Shown here: piece after piece, positions 50,648 to 59,223 of the stretch
Layout of the letters: each line of letters opens with the position of its first letter
Numbering within the stretch: the first letter of the stretch is position 1
Notes under the pieces: generated by a model
Seen by the model: only the letters and a program-made list of their open reading frames with translations
Databases searched by the model: none
Told to the model about the DNA's origin: nothing
Source of the DNA: Steroidobacteraceae bacterium
GTDB lineage: Bacteria; Pseudomonadota; Gammaproteobacteria; Steroidobacterales; Steroidobacteraceae
DNA length: 64,000 nucleotides
Direction of reading: 5' to 3'
NCBI GenBank assembly: GCA_035295065.1
Contig: DATGJR010000155.1
Span: forward strand, 903-64,902
Program-made: the position numbers and the translations under genes

Positions 50648-51678
50648 GCCCTCCGGAGGCGAGCACCCGCATGCACAGCGAGGCGGCGCAGGCTCCCGCG
50701 GTGGTGCGAGCGCAGCTCAGCGCCAACGCCCCGCGTGTGGCAGGCATCGCCGAGCGGCTGCGGGCGTCCCCGCCGCGCGCAGTGGTCACCTGCGCGCGCG
50801 GCAGCTCCGATCACGCGGCGACCTTCGCCCGCTACCTGATCGAGACGCGCCTCGGGCTCCTCACCTCCTCGGCGGCGCCCTCGGTGAGCTCGGTGTACGA
50901 GGCGCCGCCCAACCTCGAGGGCACGGTGATGATCGCGATCTCGCAGTCGGGCTCGAGCCCGGATCTGCTGAGCACGGTCAGCGATGCGCGTCACGCGGGC
51001 GCGCGCATCATTGCGCTGGTCAACGCCGAGAGCTCCCCGCTCGCGCAGCTCGCCGATGATCTGCTGCCGCTCGGCGCCGGCGCCGAGCTGAGCGTCGCAG
51101 CCACCAAGAGTTATATCGCCTCGCTCGCGGCGATCGTGCAGCTGGTCGCCGCCTGGTCGCAGGATGCGGCGCTCGAGGCGGCACTCGCCGCAGCTCCGCA
51201 GATGCTCGAGCGCGCCTTCGCGCTCGACTGGAGCGCGGCGGTCTCACGGCTGACAGCGGCGCAGAATCTCTACGTCATCGGCCGCGGCGTCGGCCTCGGA
51301 ATCGCGCAGGAGGCGGCCCTCAAGCTCAAGGAGACCTGCGGCCTGCACGCCGAGGCGCTGAGCGCCGCGGAGCTGCGGCATGGGCCGATGGCGCTGGTGC
51401 GTGCGGGATTTCCGGTGCTGGTGCTGGCGCAGGACGACGAAAGCCGCACGGGTGTCGTGCAGCTGGCCGCCGAGATGGCCGCGCAGGGGGCAGACGTGCT
51501 CATCGCCGGCGCGCCGGCAGCGCAGGCCACGCAGCTCCCGAGCATTGCGACCCACCCGGTGATCGAGCCACTGCTGCTGGCGGAGAGCTTCTATCGCATG
51601 GCGAACGCCCTGTCGCTCGCCCGCGGCCGCGACCCCGACCGCCCGCCCCATCTATCCAAGGTGACGCAGACTCTCTGA
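50644..51678 (+). CDS. nagB: SIS-domain glucosamine-6-phosphate deaminase/isomerase (NagB-II type)
   Basis: Two SIS modules: VVTCARGSSDHAATFARYLIE...IAISQSGSSPDLL and NLYVIGRGVGLGIAQEAALKLKE. GTGA overlap with nagQ. Start uncertain (GTG at 50644 or ATG at 50671). Confidence 0.85.
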   Translation: MSPPEASTRMHSEAAQAPAVVRAQLSANAPRVAGIAERLRASPPRAVVTCARGSSDHAATFARYLIETRLGLLTSSAAPSVSSVYEAPPNLEGTVMIAISQSGSSPDLLSTVSDARHAGARIIALVNAESSPLAQLADDLLPLGAGAELSVAATKSYIASLAAIVQLVAAWSQDAALEAALAAAPQMLERAFALDWSAAVSRLTAAQNLYVIGRGVGLGIAQEAALKLKETCGLHAEALSAAELRHGPMALVRAGFPVLVLAQDDESRTGVVQLAAEMAAQGADVLIAGAPAAQATQLPSIATHPVIEPLLLAESFYRMANALSLARGRDPDRPPHLSKVTQTL

Positions 51679-52847
51679 TGAGTATCGCGCTGGTCAACGG
51701 GCGGGTGTTGCTGGGCAGCGGGCGCGGCGGCGCAGCTCTCACGCGCGGGCGCTGCGTGCTCATCGAGAACGGCCGCATCGCGGCCGTCGTCGCGCGCGGC
51801 GACCGGCGGGTGCGGCGCGCCCGCCGTCATGACCTCGGGGACGCGCTGCTCCTGCCGGGCTTCATCGACTCGCAGGTCAACGGCGGCGGCGGCGTTCTCT
51901 TCAACGACGCCCCGAGTGTCGCGACCATTCGCACCATCGGCGCGGCCCATCGCCGCTTCGGCACCACCGGGTTTCTCCCCACGCTCATCAGCGACGACCT
52001 CGAGGTCGTGGCGCGCGCCATCGCCGCGGTGCGCGGCGCGATCGAGAGCGGCGTCCCGGGCGTCCTCGGCATCCATATCGAAGGACCGTTCCTCAACGCC
52101 GAGCGCAAGGGAGTACACGACCCGGCCAAGCTGCGCGAGCTCGACGCGAGCGCGCTCGGGCTCCTCACCTCGCTGCGCGTCGGCAGAACGCTCGTGACCC
52201 TCGCTCCGGAGATGACCACCCCGCAGATCATCGAGGCGCTCGCCGCCGCGGGAGTGGTGGTCTCGGCGGGACACACCAACGCCACGTACGCGCAGATCGC
52301 GGCGGCACTGCGCCACGGTCTCACCGGCTTCACGCATCTCTTCAACGCCATGTCGCAGCTGACCGGACGCGAGCCGGGCGCGGTGGGCGCAGCGCTCGAC
52401 GACCCGCGCAGCTGGTGCGGCATCATCGTCGATGGCCTGCATATCAGTCCGGTGGTGCTGCGCATTGCGCTCAAGTGCAAGCCCCTCAACCGCTTCATGC
52501 TGGTGACCGATGCGATGCCGAGCGTCGGCACAAAGGCAACCTCCTTCGAGCTGCAGGGCAAACGCATCCTCGTCCAGGGCGATGTGTGCGTGGACGAGGA
52601 CGGTCGGCTGGCCGGATCCAACATCGACATGGCGAGCTGCGTGCGCAACGCGACCGCCATGCTGAACATCCCCTTGCCCCAGGCCGTGCGCATGGCGAGC
52701 CAGTGGCCCGCGGAATTTCTCGGGCTGGGGCGTGAGGTCGGACGCATCGCCCGGGGAATGCGCGCAAATCTCGTGGCCGCAGACGATGAGCTCAAGGTGC
52801 TCGAGACCTGGATCGACGGCCGCTCGAGCGAGGAGCAGGCCGGCTGA
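51678..52847 (+). CDS. nagA: N-acetylglucosamine-6-phosphate deacetylase
   Basis: LLPGFIDSQVNGGGGVLFND...GIHIEGPFLNAERKGVH...VSAGHTNATY...FNAM. TGATG overlap with nagB-II. Confidence 0.93.
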   Translation: MSIALVNGRVLLGSGRGGAALTRGRCVLIENGRIAAVVARGDRRVRRARRHDLGDALLLPGFIDSQVNGGGGVLFNDAPSVATIRTIGAAHRRFGTTGFLPTLISDDLEVVARAIAAVRGAIESGVPGVLGIHIEGPFLNAERKGVHDPAKLRELDASALGLLTSLRVGRTLVTLAPEMTTPQIIEALAAAGVVVSAGHTNATYAQIAAALRHGLTGFTHLFNAMSQLTGREPGAVGAALDDPRSWCGIIVDGLHISPVVLRIALKCKPLNRFMLVTDAMPSVGTKATSFELQGKRILVQGDVCVDEDGRLAGSNIDMASCVRNATAMLNIPLPQAVRMASQWPAEFLGLGREVGRIARGMRANLVAADDELKVLETWIDGRSSEEQAG

Positions 52848-52975
52848 GACTGCCGATGCGGGGGTCCACGGCTCGCCTGGCGAGCGCCAAAGCGTGCGAC
52901 CCGGGCGACCGGTGACTTGCAAGCCGTTGTCCGCCGGCATGCGCCCTGCCCCGCTCTGCGTCATGATGGCGCCTC

Positions 52976-53953
52976 ATGATGCGCAGGTCGATCGCAGGGC
53001 GGAATGCCGCGGCACGCGCAGCGCCGCTTGCGGCGGCGCTCTCGAGCGTGCTCGTGGCGAGCTGCACGCAACCCCTCGATGCCCCGGCGCCGCGCGCGCC
53101 GGCCAGCGCCGACCTCCAGGTCGCCGGTGCACGGCTGCACGTCGAGTTGGGGAGCGATGGCTTCACCGCCGGCAGCGAGACGCTCTTCAGCTGGGTGCGC
53201 CGGTCCGCGCAGATCGTCACGGCCTACTACGATGGCTTCCCGGTGTCGGAGGCGACGATCGAGGTGCGCCCCCGCGAAGGCTCGGGTGTACAGGGCGGCA
53301 GCACCTATGCCGACCCCGACGCCCTGATCCGCGTAGGCGTCGGCCGGGAGGTGACCGACGCACAGCTGCGCAACGACTGGGTGCTGGTGCACGAGATGAC
53401 ACACCTCGCACTGCCCGACGTCGGCGAGCAGCACGCCTGGCTCTCCGAGGGGCTCGCCACCTACGTCGAGGGCATCGCGCGCGTGCAGGCGGGCAACCGC
53501 ACTGAAGAGGATGTATGGGCGGAGGAGCTGCGTCAGATGCCACGCGGCCTCCCGCAGCCGGGCGATGAAGGCCTCGACCGCACCCATACCTGGGGGCGCA
53601 CCTATTGGGGCGGTGCGATGTTCTGCCTCATGGCGGACGTCGACATCCGGCGTCGCACGCACGAGGCGAAGGGGCTTCAGGATGCGCTGCGCGCCATCGC
53701 GCGCGCGAGCGGGGGGCTGCGCGCGCGCTGGCCGATCGAGCGGGTGCTGCGCACCGGCGATGCCGCCGTCGGCACCTCGAGCCTCGAGGACCTGTACGCG
53801 CAAATGAAGACTTCGGCCTACGCTCCCGATCTTGCGGCGTTGTGGCGCGAGCTCGGCGTCGAGGCCGACGGCGACACGGTGCGCCTCACCGATGCCGCAC
53901 CGCTGGCGCAGGTGCGGCACGCGATCATGACGGGGAATAAAGGCCCGTCATGA
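52976..53953 (+). CDS. putative gluzincin (M1-like HExxH...WLxEG) metallopeptidase lipoprotein
   Basis: Lipobox SSVLVASC and WVLVHEMTHLALPDVGEQHAWLSEGLATYVEG. 325 aa. Confidence 0.6.
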   Translation: MMRRSIAGRNAAARAAPLAAALSSVLVASCTQPLDAPAPRAPASADLQVAGARLHVELGSDGFTAGSETLFSWVRRSAQIVTAYYDGFPVSEATIEVRPREGSGVQGGSTYADPDALIRVGVGREVTDAQLRNDWVLVHEMTHLALPDVGEQHAWLSEGLATYVEGIARVQAGNRTEEDVWAEELRQMPRGLPQPGDEGLDRTHTWGRTYWGGAMFCLMADVDIRRRTHEAKGLQDALRAIARASGGLRARWPIERVLRTGDAAVGTSSLEDLYAQMKTSAYAPDLAALWRELGVEADGDTVRLTDAAPLAQVRHAIMTGNKGPS

Positions 53954-54776
53954 GGGCGGTCGCGGCGAGTGCCGCGACCATCAGCAGGTACTCGGTCAGC
54001 ACCGTGCCGCGCAGTGTGTGAAGCGCTGCGCTCGCACCGGCGGCGATTCGCGGCGTGAGCACCCGGTGGTTGACCGCGGCCAGTCCCATGAGCGCTGCGA
54101 AGAGCCCCGCCTTGGTCATCAGCAGGAGTCCATACGGACGCCACAGCGCTGCCACGTCGGGCAGCAGCACCGCGGCCATGGCAATGCCCGCGAGCGCAAT
54201 CGCGGGCACCAGGCGCAACGCCACGCGCGAGAAGGCCTCGAGCGCCCTCGCCATGTGCGCCGGCGCCTCGAGGCGCGCCGCGCGATACAGCGCAAGCAAC
54301 GCGCCGAGCCACCAGGTGACCACGGCCACGTGGAAAAGCAGTAACCCGGTGAGCAGCAGCCACGCCCGGCTCGCGGCGGCGTGCCCGCTCAGCACGAACG
54401 AAAGGACCGCGAGCGTCACGCCAGCGACCGTCAGCAGCCGCACGGGCGGCGCTCCGGGAGGCGCGCCCAGTACGAGGCAGGCGGTGCCCGCGAGCCGGGT
54501 CAGAAGCTCCGCGCCACTCGTGGCGAAGGCAAGGCGCCCGAGCGTCGGATCGAGCACTGCGGAGAAGTCCCCACCGAGGTGCGCGGGCTCGATGAGGCAT
54601 TGGGCGATCACGATGAGGAGTGCGGCAAGGGCGATGCGGCGTGCCGTCGCGCCAAGCGGCGCGCCGCTCGCCGGGAGCGCTCGTGCCACGGTCAGGCGAA
54701 AGAGGCCCATGCCCGCCGCCTGCAGCACCAGCACGAAGGCCGCGATGCGCAGCAGTGCCCATGCGAGGTCGGTCAT
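53925..54776 (-). CDS. copD: copper resistance protein CopD-family membrane protein
   Basis: 283 aa, about 8 predicted TM helices. ATGA overlap with the upstream copC. Confidence 0.8.
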   Translation of the reverse strand: MTDLAWALLRIAAFVLVLQAAGMGLFRLTVARALPASGAPLGATARRIALAALLIVIAQCLIEPAHLGGDFSAVLDPTLGRLAFATSGAELLTRLAGTACLVLGAPPGAPPVRLLTVAGVTLAVLSFVLSGHAAASRAWLLLTGLLLFHVAVVTWWLGALLALYRAARLEAPAHMARALEAFSRVALRLVPAIALAGIAMAAVLLPDVAALWRPYGLLLMTKAGLFAALMGLAAVNHRVLTPRIAAGASAALHTLRGTVLTEYLLMVAALAATALMTGLYSPS

Positions 54777-55120
54777 TCGGAGAGGCTGAAGTGCAGCGCC
54801 CCGGGCACGACGTGACCATCACGGCCGATGACGCGCCAGGTCAGCACGTAGCGCCCGGGCGCAAGCGGCGGCAACGCCACGGAGATCTCGGGCGCGGCTT
54901 CCACCGGCAGCGGGGCGATCCTGCGACGCGCGCCGTTCTCCGGCGCGATCCACAGCGCCGCAAGACGCGCGGGCTCTGAAAAGGTCAGCACGAGGCGAGC
55001 CGGCGCGGCACGCAGAACCGCCCCCTCCGCGGGAACGGCGCGCAGAAGATGCGCGTGCGCCTGCCCGAGCGCGGGCAGCAGCGCGAGGCCGCAGAGTAAG
55101 AAGGCTCGCAGTGAAGGCAT
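54773..55120 (-). CDS. copC: CopC-domain periplasmic copper-binding protein
   Basis: Signal peptide ending ALGQAHA, with mature N-terminus HLLRAVPAEGAVL...GRYVLTWRVIGRDGHVVPG. Confidence 0.85.
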   Translation of the reverse strand: MPSLRAFLLCGLALLPALGQAHAHLLRAVPAEGAVLRAAPARLVLTFSEPARLAALWIAPENGARRRIAPLPVEAAPEISVALPPLAPGRYVLTWRVIGRDGHVVPGALHFSLSE

Positions 55121-55251
55121 GTTCCGCTTAAGTTAACGGGCAGGAAACATCGGCACACAATCTAATACAGTTGCAGCCGTCGATCCGATTGCGGCGGTGC
55201 GGAACTTCAGAGATGATCGCCCGGTCGCACGGAGCACCTATCGGGAGCCGC

Positions 55252-57210
55252 ATGACGCGTCCTCAAGCTGCCTGTTCCGCGGCTGCGCTCGCAGCGCTCA
55301 CTCTCGGCGTCGTCGGGTGCTCGACGCGCAGCAACGTGTCTGCGATCGGCAACACTGCGCCGCTCTACTCACATGTGTACGTCACGGCGCAGGCCGTGTG
55401 GTTCAACGGCAGCGCCACCGCAGGCCCCGATGACGGAGGCTGGACACGCTTTACGCTTTCGACACCCGTCACGGTCGATCTGGTGACCGATTCGGGAACC
55501 AACTTCGCGAACCTCGTGACGGATCTGAAGCTCGCACCGGGCTCGTATTCCCAGGTACGACTCATTCCGCTCGACGCCTCCGCGCCCCTGAGCGCCTCGG
55601 CACAGGCTCTCGGCGCGCAATACAACATGGAAGCCGACATCATCGATGGCGGCGTCACGCGTCAGCTGCCGCTCGAGCTCCTGAATCCCGACAAGGGACT
55701 CGGAATACCGACCTCGCTCACCGTTCCCATAGGCAACATCGGCGCGGCGCTCGGAGCCGGCGCCCTTGCCGGAACGGGCACGACCAACGGCGTCGGTACC
55801 ACCAACGGATTCGGTAGTACCGGCGGATTGGGTACCACCAACGGCTGCAGCACGGTCACTGGCTTCGGCACCGGCACATCCGGCGCCGTCGATCCGACCA
55901 CGGGTCTCCCGGTAACGAGCCCCGCGGGGTGCCCATCGACGGGCGCGGGCTCGACAACCACGACGGCGGAATTCACGGTCGGCTTTGACGGCGTGCGTGA
56001 CCTCGTGCCCTTCACCTATGCCGGCACGAACGCGATCCTGCTGAGCTCGCACGAAAGCGCCTACGACCTGTCACGGGTAGGTGGCATCCAGGGACAGCTC
56101 ACGCTCACCAATCTCACCCTCACGAGCGCCAACGGCACGCCCGGTATCGAGGTGAGCGCCGAAGTGTTGAGCTCCGACGGCTCCCGTCACGTCGTCGTCG
56201 CCAGCAGCCCGGTGGCCTCCGACGGCACTTTCACGCTCTATCCTCTGCCGACCGGCACCCAGACCTTCAATGCCTTCAACACGAGTAATCTCAACTACAG
56301 CAGTTACGATCTGGTGATTCACGGCGCGGGAATCGCGACCATCATCATCAAGGCCGTGCAGATTCCCGATGTGGCTTCCTCGTCCTCCTCCTCGTTCGGC
56401 TCCACTCCGACGGTGACCGGCACCACCACCGGCTCGAGCCTCACCACCACCAACCCGGACCTGACACCCATTCAGCCTTCGAACCTGGTGTCGGTGGGTA
56501 CGCTGCTCCCGCGCGCCGTCAGCAGCTATACCGCCAACATCGCGAACGCCAGCGCGCCTTTGCCGGCGGGCGCCGCGGTCGGCTTCTACCAGACGCTCCC
56601 TGGCAGCGGCGAGGTGCCCTACCTCATCGAGGCTGCCCCGATCGATCCTTTCAACCAGGTGCTCGGCAATGCACAGGCGCTTTCGAGCGGGACGGTTGAT
56701 TCGGGCACGTATGTCTCGAGTGCCGGGACCGTCACCCTGGTGAGCACAGCGCCGCAGGAACAGGCTGGCACTTACCAGGTTGCCGCCACCGCGCCCTCCT
56801 ATACCGATGGCGCCTTCGGTGTCACCGTGTCGGCGCCGACGACGACGGGCGTCACATCCGCACTTGCGGTCACCCTGCAGCCGCTGTCGCTTGCGTCCGG
56901 CGTGGCCGCCGCATCGCTCGCCGCCACCATCACGCCGGCGAGCCCGGGCAAATACGATCAGGGCGAGATCATGCTCAGCCGCAACGGCCAGCTGATCGCA
57001 AGCGCCGCACTCGATGCCGCGCTGCAGGCGGGCGGGGGCACCGTGACATTGAGCGCCGTGCCCGGCGGCACTTCGAGCGGCCTCTATTACCTCACCGTAC
57101 GCGCCTGGAGCTCGGGCAACCCCACGGCCGTACAGACCCGCCAGTGGTATCCGGCGGCGGTCGACCTGCGCAGCGCCTCCTCAGCCAGCGTCGATCTCAC
57201 CGTCAATTAG
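55252..57210 (+). CDS. large lipoprotein with a DUF4382-like N-terminal domain and repeated beta-sandwich-like modules (paralog 1)
   Basis: Lipobox LTLGVVGC-STRSN. TPVTVDLVTDSGTNFANLVTDLKLAPGSYSQVRLI...EFTVGFDGVRDLVPF matches the DUF4382 pattern by eye. Thr/Ser/Gly/Ala/Val-rich, with only 4 Lys in 652 aa. Confidence 0.65.
   Translation: MTRPQAACSAAALAALTLGVVGCSTRSNVSAIGNTAPLYSHVYVTAQAVWFNGSATAGPDDGGWTRFTLSTPVTVDLVTDSGTNFANLVTDLKLAPGSYSQVRLIPLDASAPLSASAQALGAQYNMEADIIDGGVTRQLPLELLNPDKGLGIPTSLTVPIGNIGAALGAGALAGTGTTNGVGTTNGFGSTGGLGTTNGCSTVTGFGTGTSGAVDPTTGLPVTSPAGCPSTGAGSTTTTAEFTVGFDGVRDLVPFTYAGTNAILLSSHESAYDLSRVGGIQGQLTLTNLTLTSANGTPGIEVSAEVLSSDGSRHVVVASSPVASDGTFTLYPLPTGTQTFNAFNTSNLNYSSYDLVIHGAGIATIIIKAVQIPDVASSSSSSFGSTPTVTGTTTGSSLTTTNPDLTPIQPSNLVSVGTLLPRAVSSYTANIANASAPLPAGAAVGFYQTLPGSGEVPYLIEAAPIDPFNQVLGNAQALSSGTVDSGTYVSSAGTVTLVSTAPQEQAGTYQVAATAPSYTDGAFGVTVSAPTTTGVTSALAVTLQPLSLASGVAAASLAATITPASPGKYDQGEIMLSRNGQLIASAALDAALQAGGGTVTLSAVPGGTSSGLYYLTVRAWSSGNPTAVQTRQWYPAAVDLRSASSASVDLTVN
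55777..55848 (+). repeat. 4 x 18 nt in-frame tandem repeat encoding (G-T-T-N-G-x)n
   Basis: ggcacgaccaacggcgtc / ggtaccaccaacggattc / ggtagtaccggcggattg / ggtaccaccaacggctgc, encoding GTTNGV GTTNGF GSTGGL GTTNGC. Confidence 0.8.
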
Positions 57211-57217
57211 TCCGACA

Positions 57218-57239
57218 AAACCGGTAAACTAACCGGTTT
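57218..57239 (+). terminator. terminator-like hairpin after paralog 1
   Basis: AAACCGGT (57218-57225), loop AAACTA, then ACCGGTTT (57232-57239). A second hairpin CGGGTC-gcg-GACCCG lies at 57241-57255. Confidence 0.45.
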
Positions 57240-57354
57240 CCGGGTCGCGGACCCGAGCAATTCCGGGTCGCCATGGAACGCGGGGCCAATCCGCGTCTCT
57301 AAGGACGAAATGCGCCGCGCGGCGCCGCCCGGATCTTTGAAGGGGATGAGCCTG

Positions 57355-59199
57355 ATGACAGCCGTTCGTGTCCGCCTGCCGAGGCGGCTCCTGTGGGCCT
57401 CGTGCGCCCTCGTATTGGGCGCCGCCGCGCTGCTCGCGGGCTGCAGCACAAGCAATAACATCATTTACGGCACGGCGGCCGTGACGCTGAGCAACAGTCC
57501 TGGCGACTTCACGAGCTACATCGTCAACATCGACAGCATCACCCTGACGCGCAACGACGGCATCATCATCGAGCCGCTCGCCACCCCCGAGACCGTCGAT
57601 CTCACCCAGGTCCACGATCTGACGGAGCTGGTCGAGGCTCCCGCCTTTCCGGTCGGCACCTATACCTCTATGAGCGTGCTGCTCGACTACACGGTGCCTT
57701 ACATCACGGTCGACGTGAACGGCGTCCCCAACTCGGTCGCCGCCGTCGATTCCACCGGCGCGGCAATGGGAACGGTCTCGCTCGTGGTGAACTTCGACCC
57801 GCAAAACCCGCTGGTCATCAACAATCAGCAGAGCACCCGGCTGGCGCTCAACTTCGACCTGTCGGCGTTCAATTCGCTCAATCGGAGCGCCTCACCCATC
57901 ACCACCACGGTGGTACCGCTCATGACCGCCACACCGGCGCCGCTCGATGCAACGCCGATACGCGCCCGCGGACTGCTGGTCATCTCACAGCCCTCGAGCA
58001 GCCAGTACATCGCGAACATCCGCCCCTTCAATGACGTGGTCTCGGCGCTCGGCGCGTTGACGGTCAGCACGAGCTCCTCCACTTATTTCAACGTCAACGG
58101 TACGGTCTACACGGGAGTCGCGGGACTCAGCGCGCTGCAGAGTCTCCCGGTGAATACCGTTGTGGCGGCCTACGGCACGCTCGGCAGCCTCGCCACCATC
58201 ACACCGGGCTTCAATGCCACTCAGGTTTACGCCGCGAGCGCCCTCTCGAGCCCGCTCGCCGACTATCTGATCGGTACGGTCGCCGCGATCAACGGCAATA
58301 CCCTGACCGTGCAGGGCGTGACTTTCCTGGGCCGCTATGGAGGGGTGCAGTACTACCCGCAGCTCCCGGTCACGGTGAGCGGCGCGACCGCCGTGACCGA
58401 GGACGGTGTGGCGGTGAGCGGTCTTTCGTCACAGTCGATTTCGGTCGGCCAGGTCGTCAACGTCGCCGGTCAGGCCGTCGGCTATCCGCTTACGGTGGCG
58501 ACAGGACTCGATGCCACCGCGGGCGCGGTGCGACTCGAGCCGACTGCGCTCTGGGGCACGTTGACATCGGCCGCACCCGGCAGCATGACCTTGAGCCTGC
58601 TCTCGCTCGGGGGCTTCTCGGGCGGAGCGTTCAACTTTGCGGGTACCGGCAGCAGCAGCGCAAACGACGCCACCTTCGCCAGCTACGCCGTCAACACCGG
58701 CGCCGTCGATGAGAGCGGAGCTGCGCCGGGCACATTGTTCGAGGCCTTCGGCAACGTGGCTCCTTTCGGCTCCGGGCCGCCGGATTTCACCGCATCCTCG
58801 GTGAGCAGCCCCGCGCCCCAGCAGCTCGTGGTCGAATGGGCACTTCCGACGGGATCGACCGCACCGTTCTCGAGCGCCAGCAGCTCGGGGCTCGTGGTGA
58901 ACCTCGCGAACGGCGCCATCAATCCCGCAGTGCGGTATCTCGCCACCGGGCCGCAGAAGACCGATCTCACGACACTGGCGGCAAGCCCCACCATCGTGTT
59001 TGCGAGCGGAACACCCACCCTCGCGATCGGCTTGAGCGACACCATCTCCATCTACAACAGCGCCGGCGCCTTCGCCACCGCCCTTGCCACTCAACTGAAC
59101 GGCACCAATGCCGCCTTCCGCCTCTCGGCGGTCGGTCAGTATGACGCCGCGACCAACACCTTCACCGCAACGCAGGTTGCCGTAAACTTAGTGCCTTAG
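57355..59199 (+). CDS. large lipoprotein with a DUF4382-like N-terminal domain (paralog 2)
   Basis: MTAVRVRLPRRLLWASCALVLGAAALLAGC-STSNN. AVTLSNSPGDFTSYIVNIDSITLTRNDG...TVDLTQVHDLTELVEAPAFPVGTYTSMSVLL...RLALNFDLSAFNSL. One Lys in the C-terminal ~430 aa. Start uncertain (57346 or 57355). Confidence 0.65.
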   Translation: MTAVRVRLPRRLLWASCALVLGAAALLAGCSTSNNIIYGTAAVTLSNSPGDFTSYIVNIDSITLTRNDGIIIEPLATPETVDLTQVHDLTELVEAPAFPVGTYTSMSVLLDYTVPYITVDVNGVPNSVAAVDSTGAAMGTVSLVVNFDPQNPLVINNQQSTRLALNFDLSAFNSLNRSASPITTTVVPLMTATPAPLDATPIRARGLLVISQPSSSQYIANIRPFNDVVSALGALTVSTSSSTYFNVNGTVYTGVAGLSALQSLPVNTVVAAYGTLGSLATITPGFNATQVYAASALSSPLADYLIGTVAAINGNTLTVQGVTFLGRYGGVQYYPQLPVTVSGATAVTEDGVAVSGLSSQSISVGQVVNVAGQAVGYPLTVATGLDATAGAVRLEPTALWGTLTSAAPGSMTLSLLSLGGFSGGAFNFAGTGSSSANDATFASYAVNTGAVDESGAAPGTLFEAFGNVAPFGSGPPDFTASSVSSPAPQQLVVEWALPTGSTAPFSSASSSGLVVNLANGAINPAVRYLATGPQKTDLTTLAASPTIVFASGTPTLAIGLSDTISIYNSAGAFATALATQLNGTNAAFRLSAVGQYDAATNTFTATQVAVNLVP

Positions 59200-59223
59200 A
59201 AGAGAGAAGAGAAAGGCCGGCGC

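Noticed and set aside
55777-55848. Regularly spaced short repeats that could be mistaken for a CRISPR-like array
   Set aside because: The units are contiguous 18-mers with no spacers. They are in frame inside a long ORF and encode a Gly/Thr repeat, so this is a coding tandem repeat.
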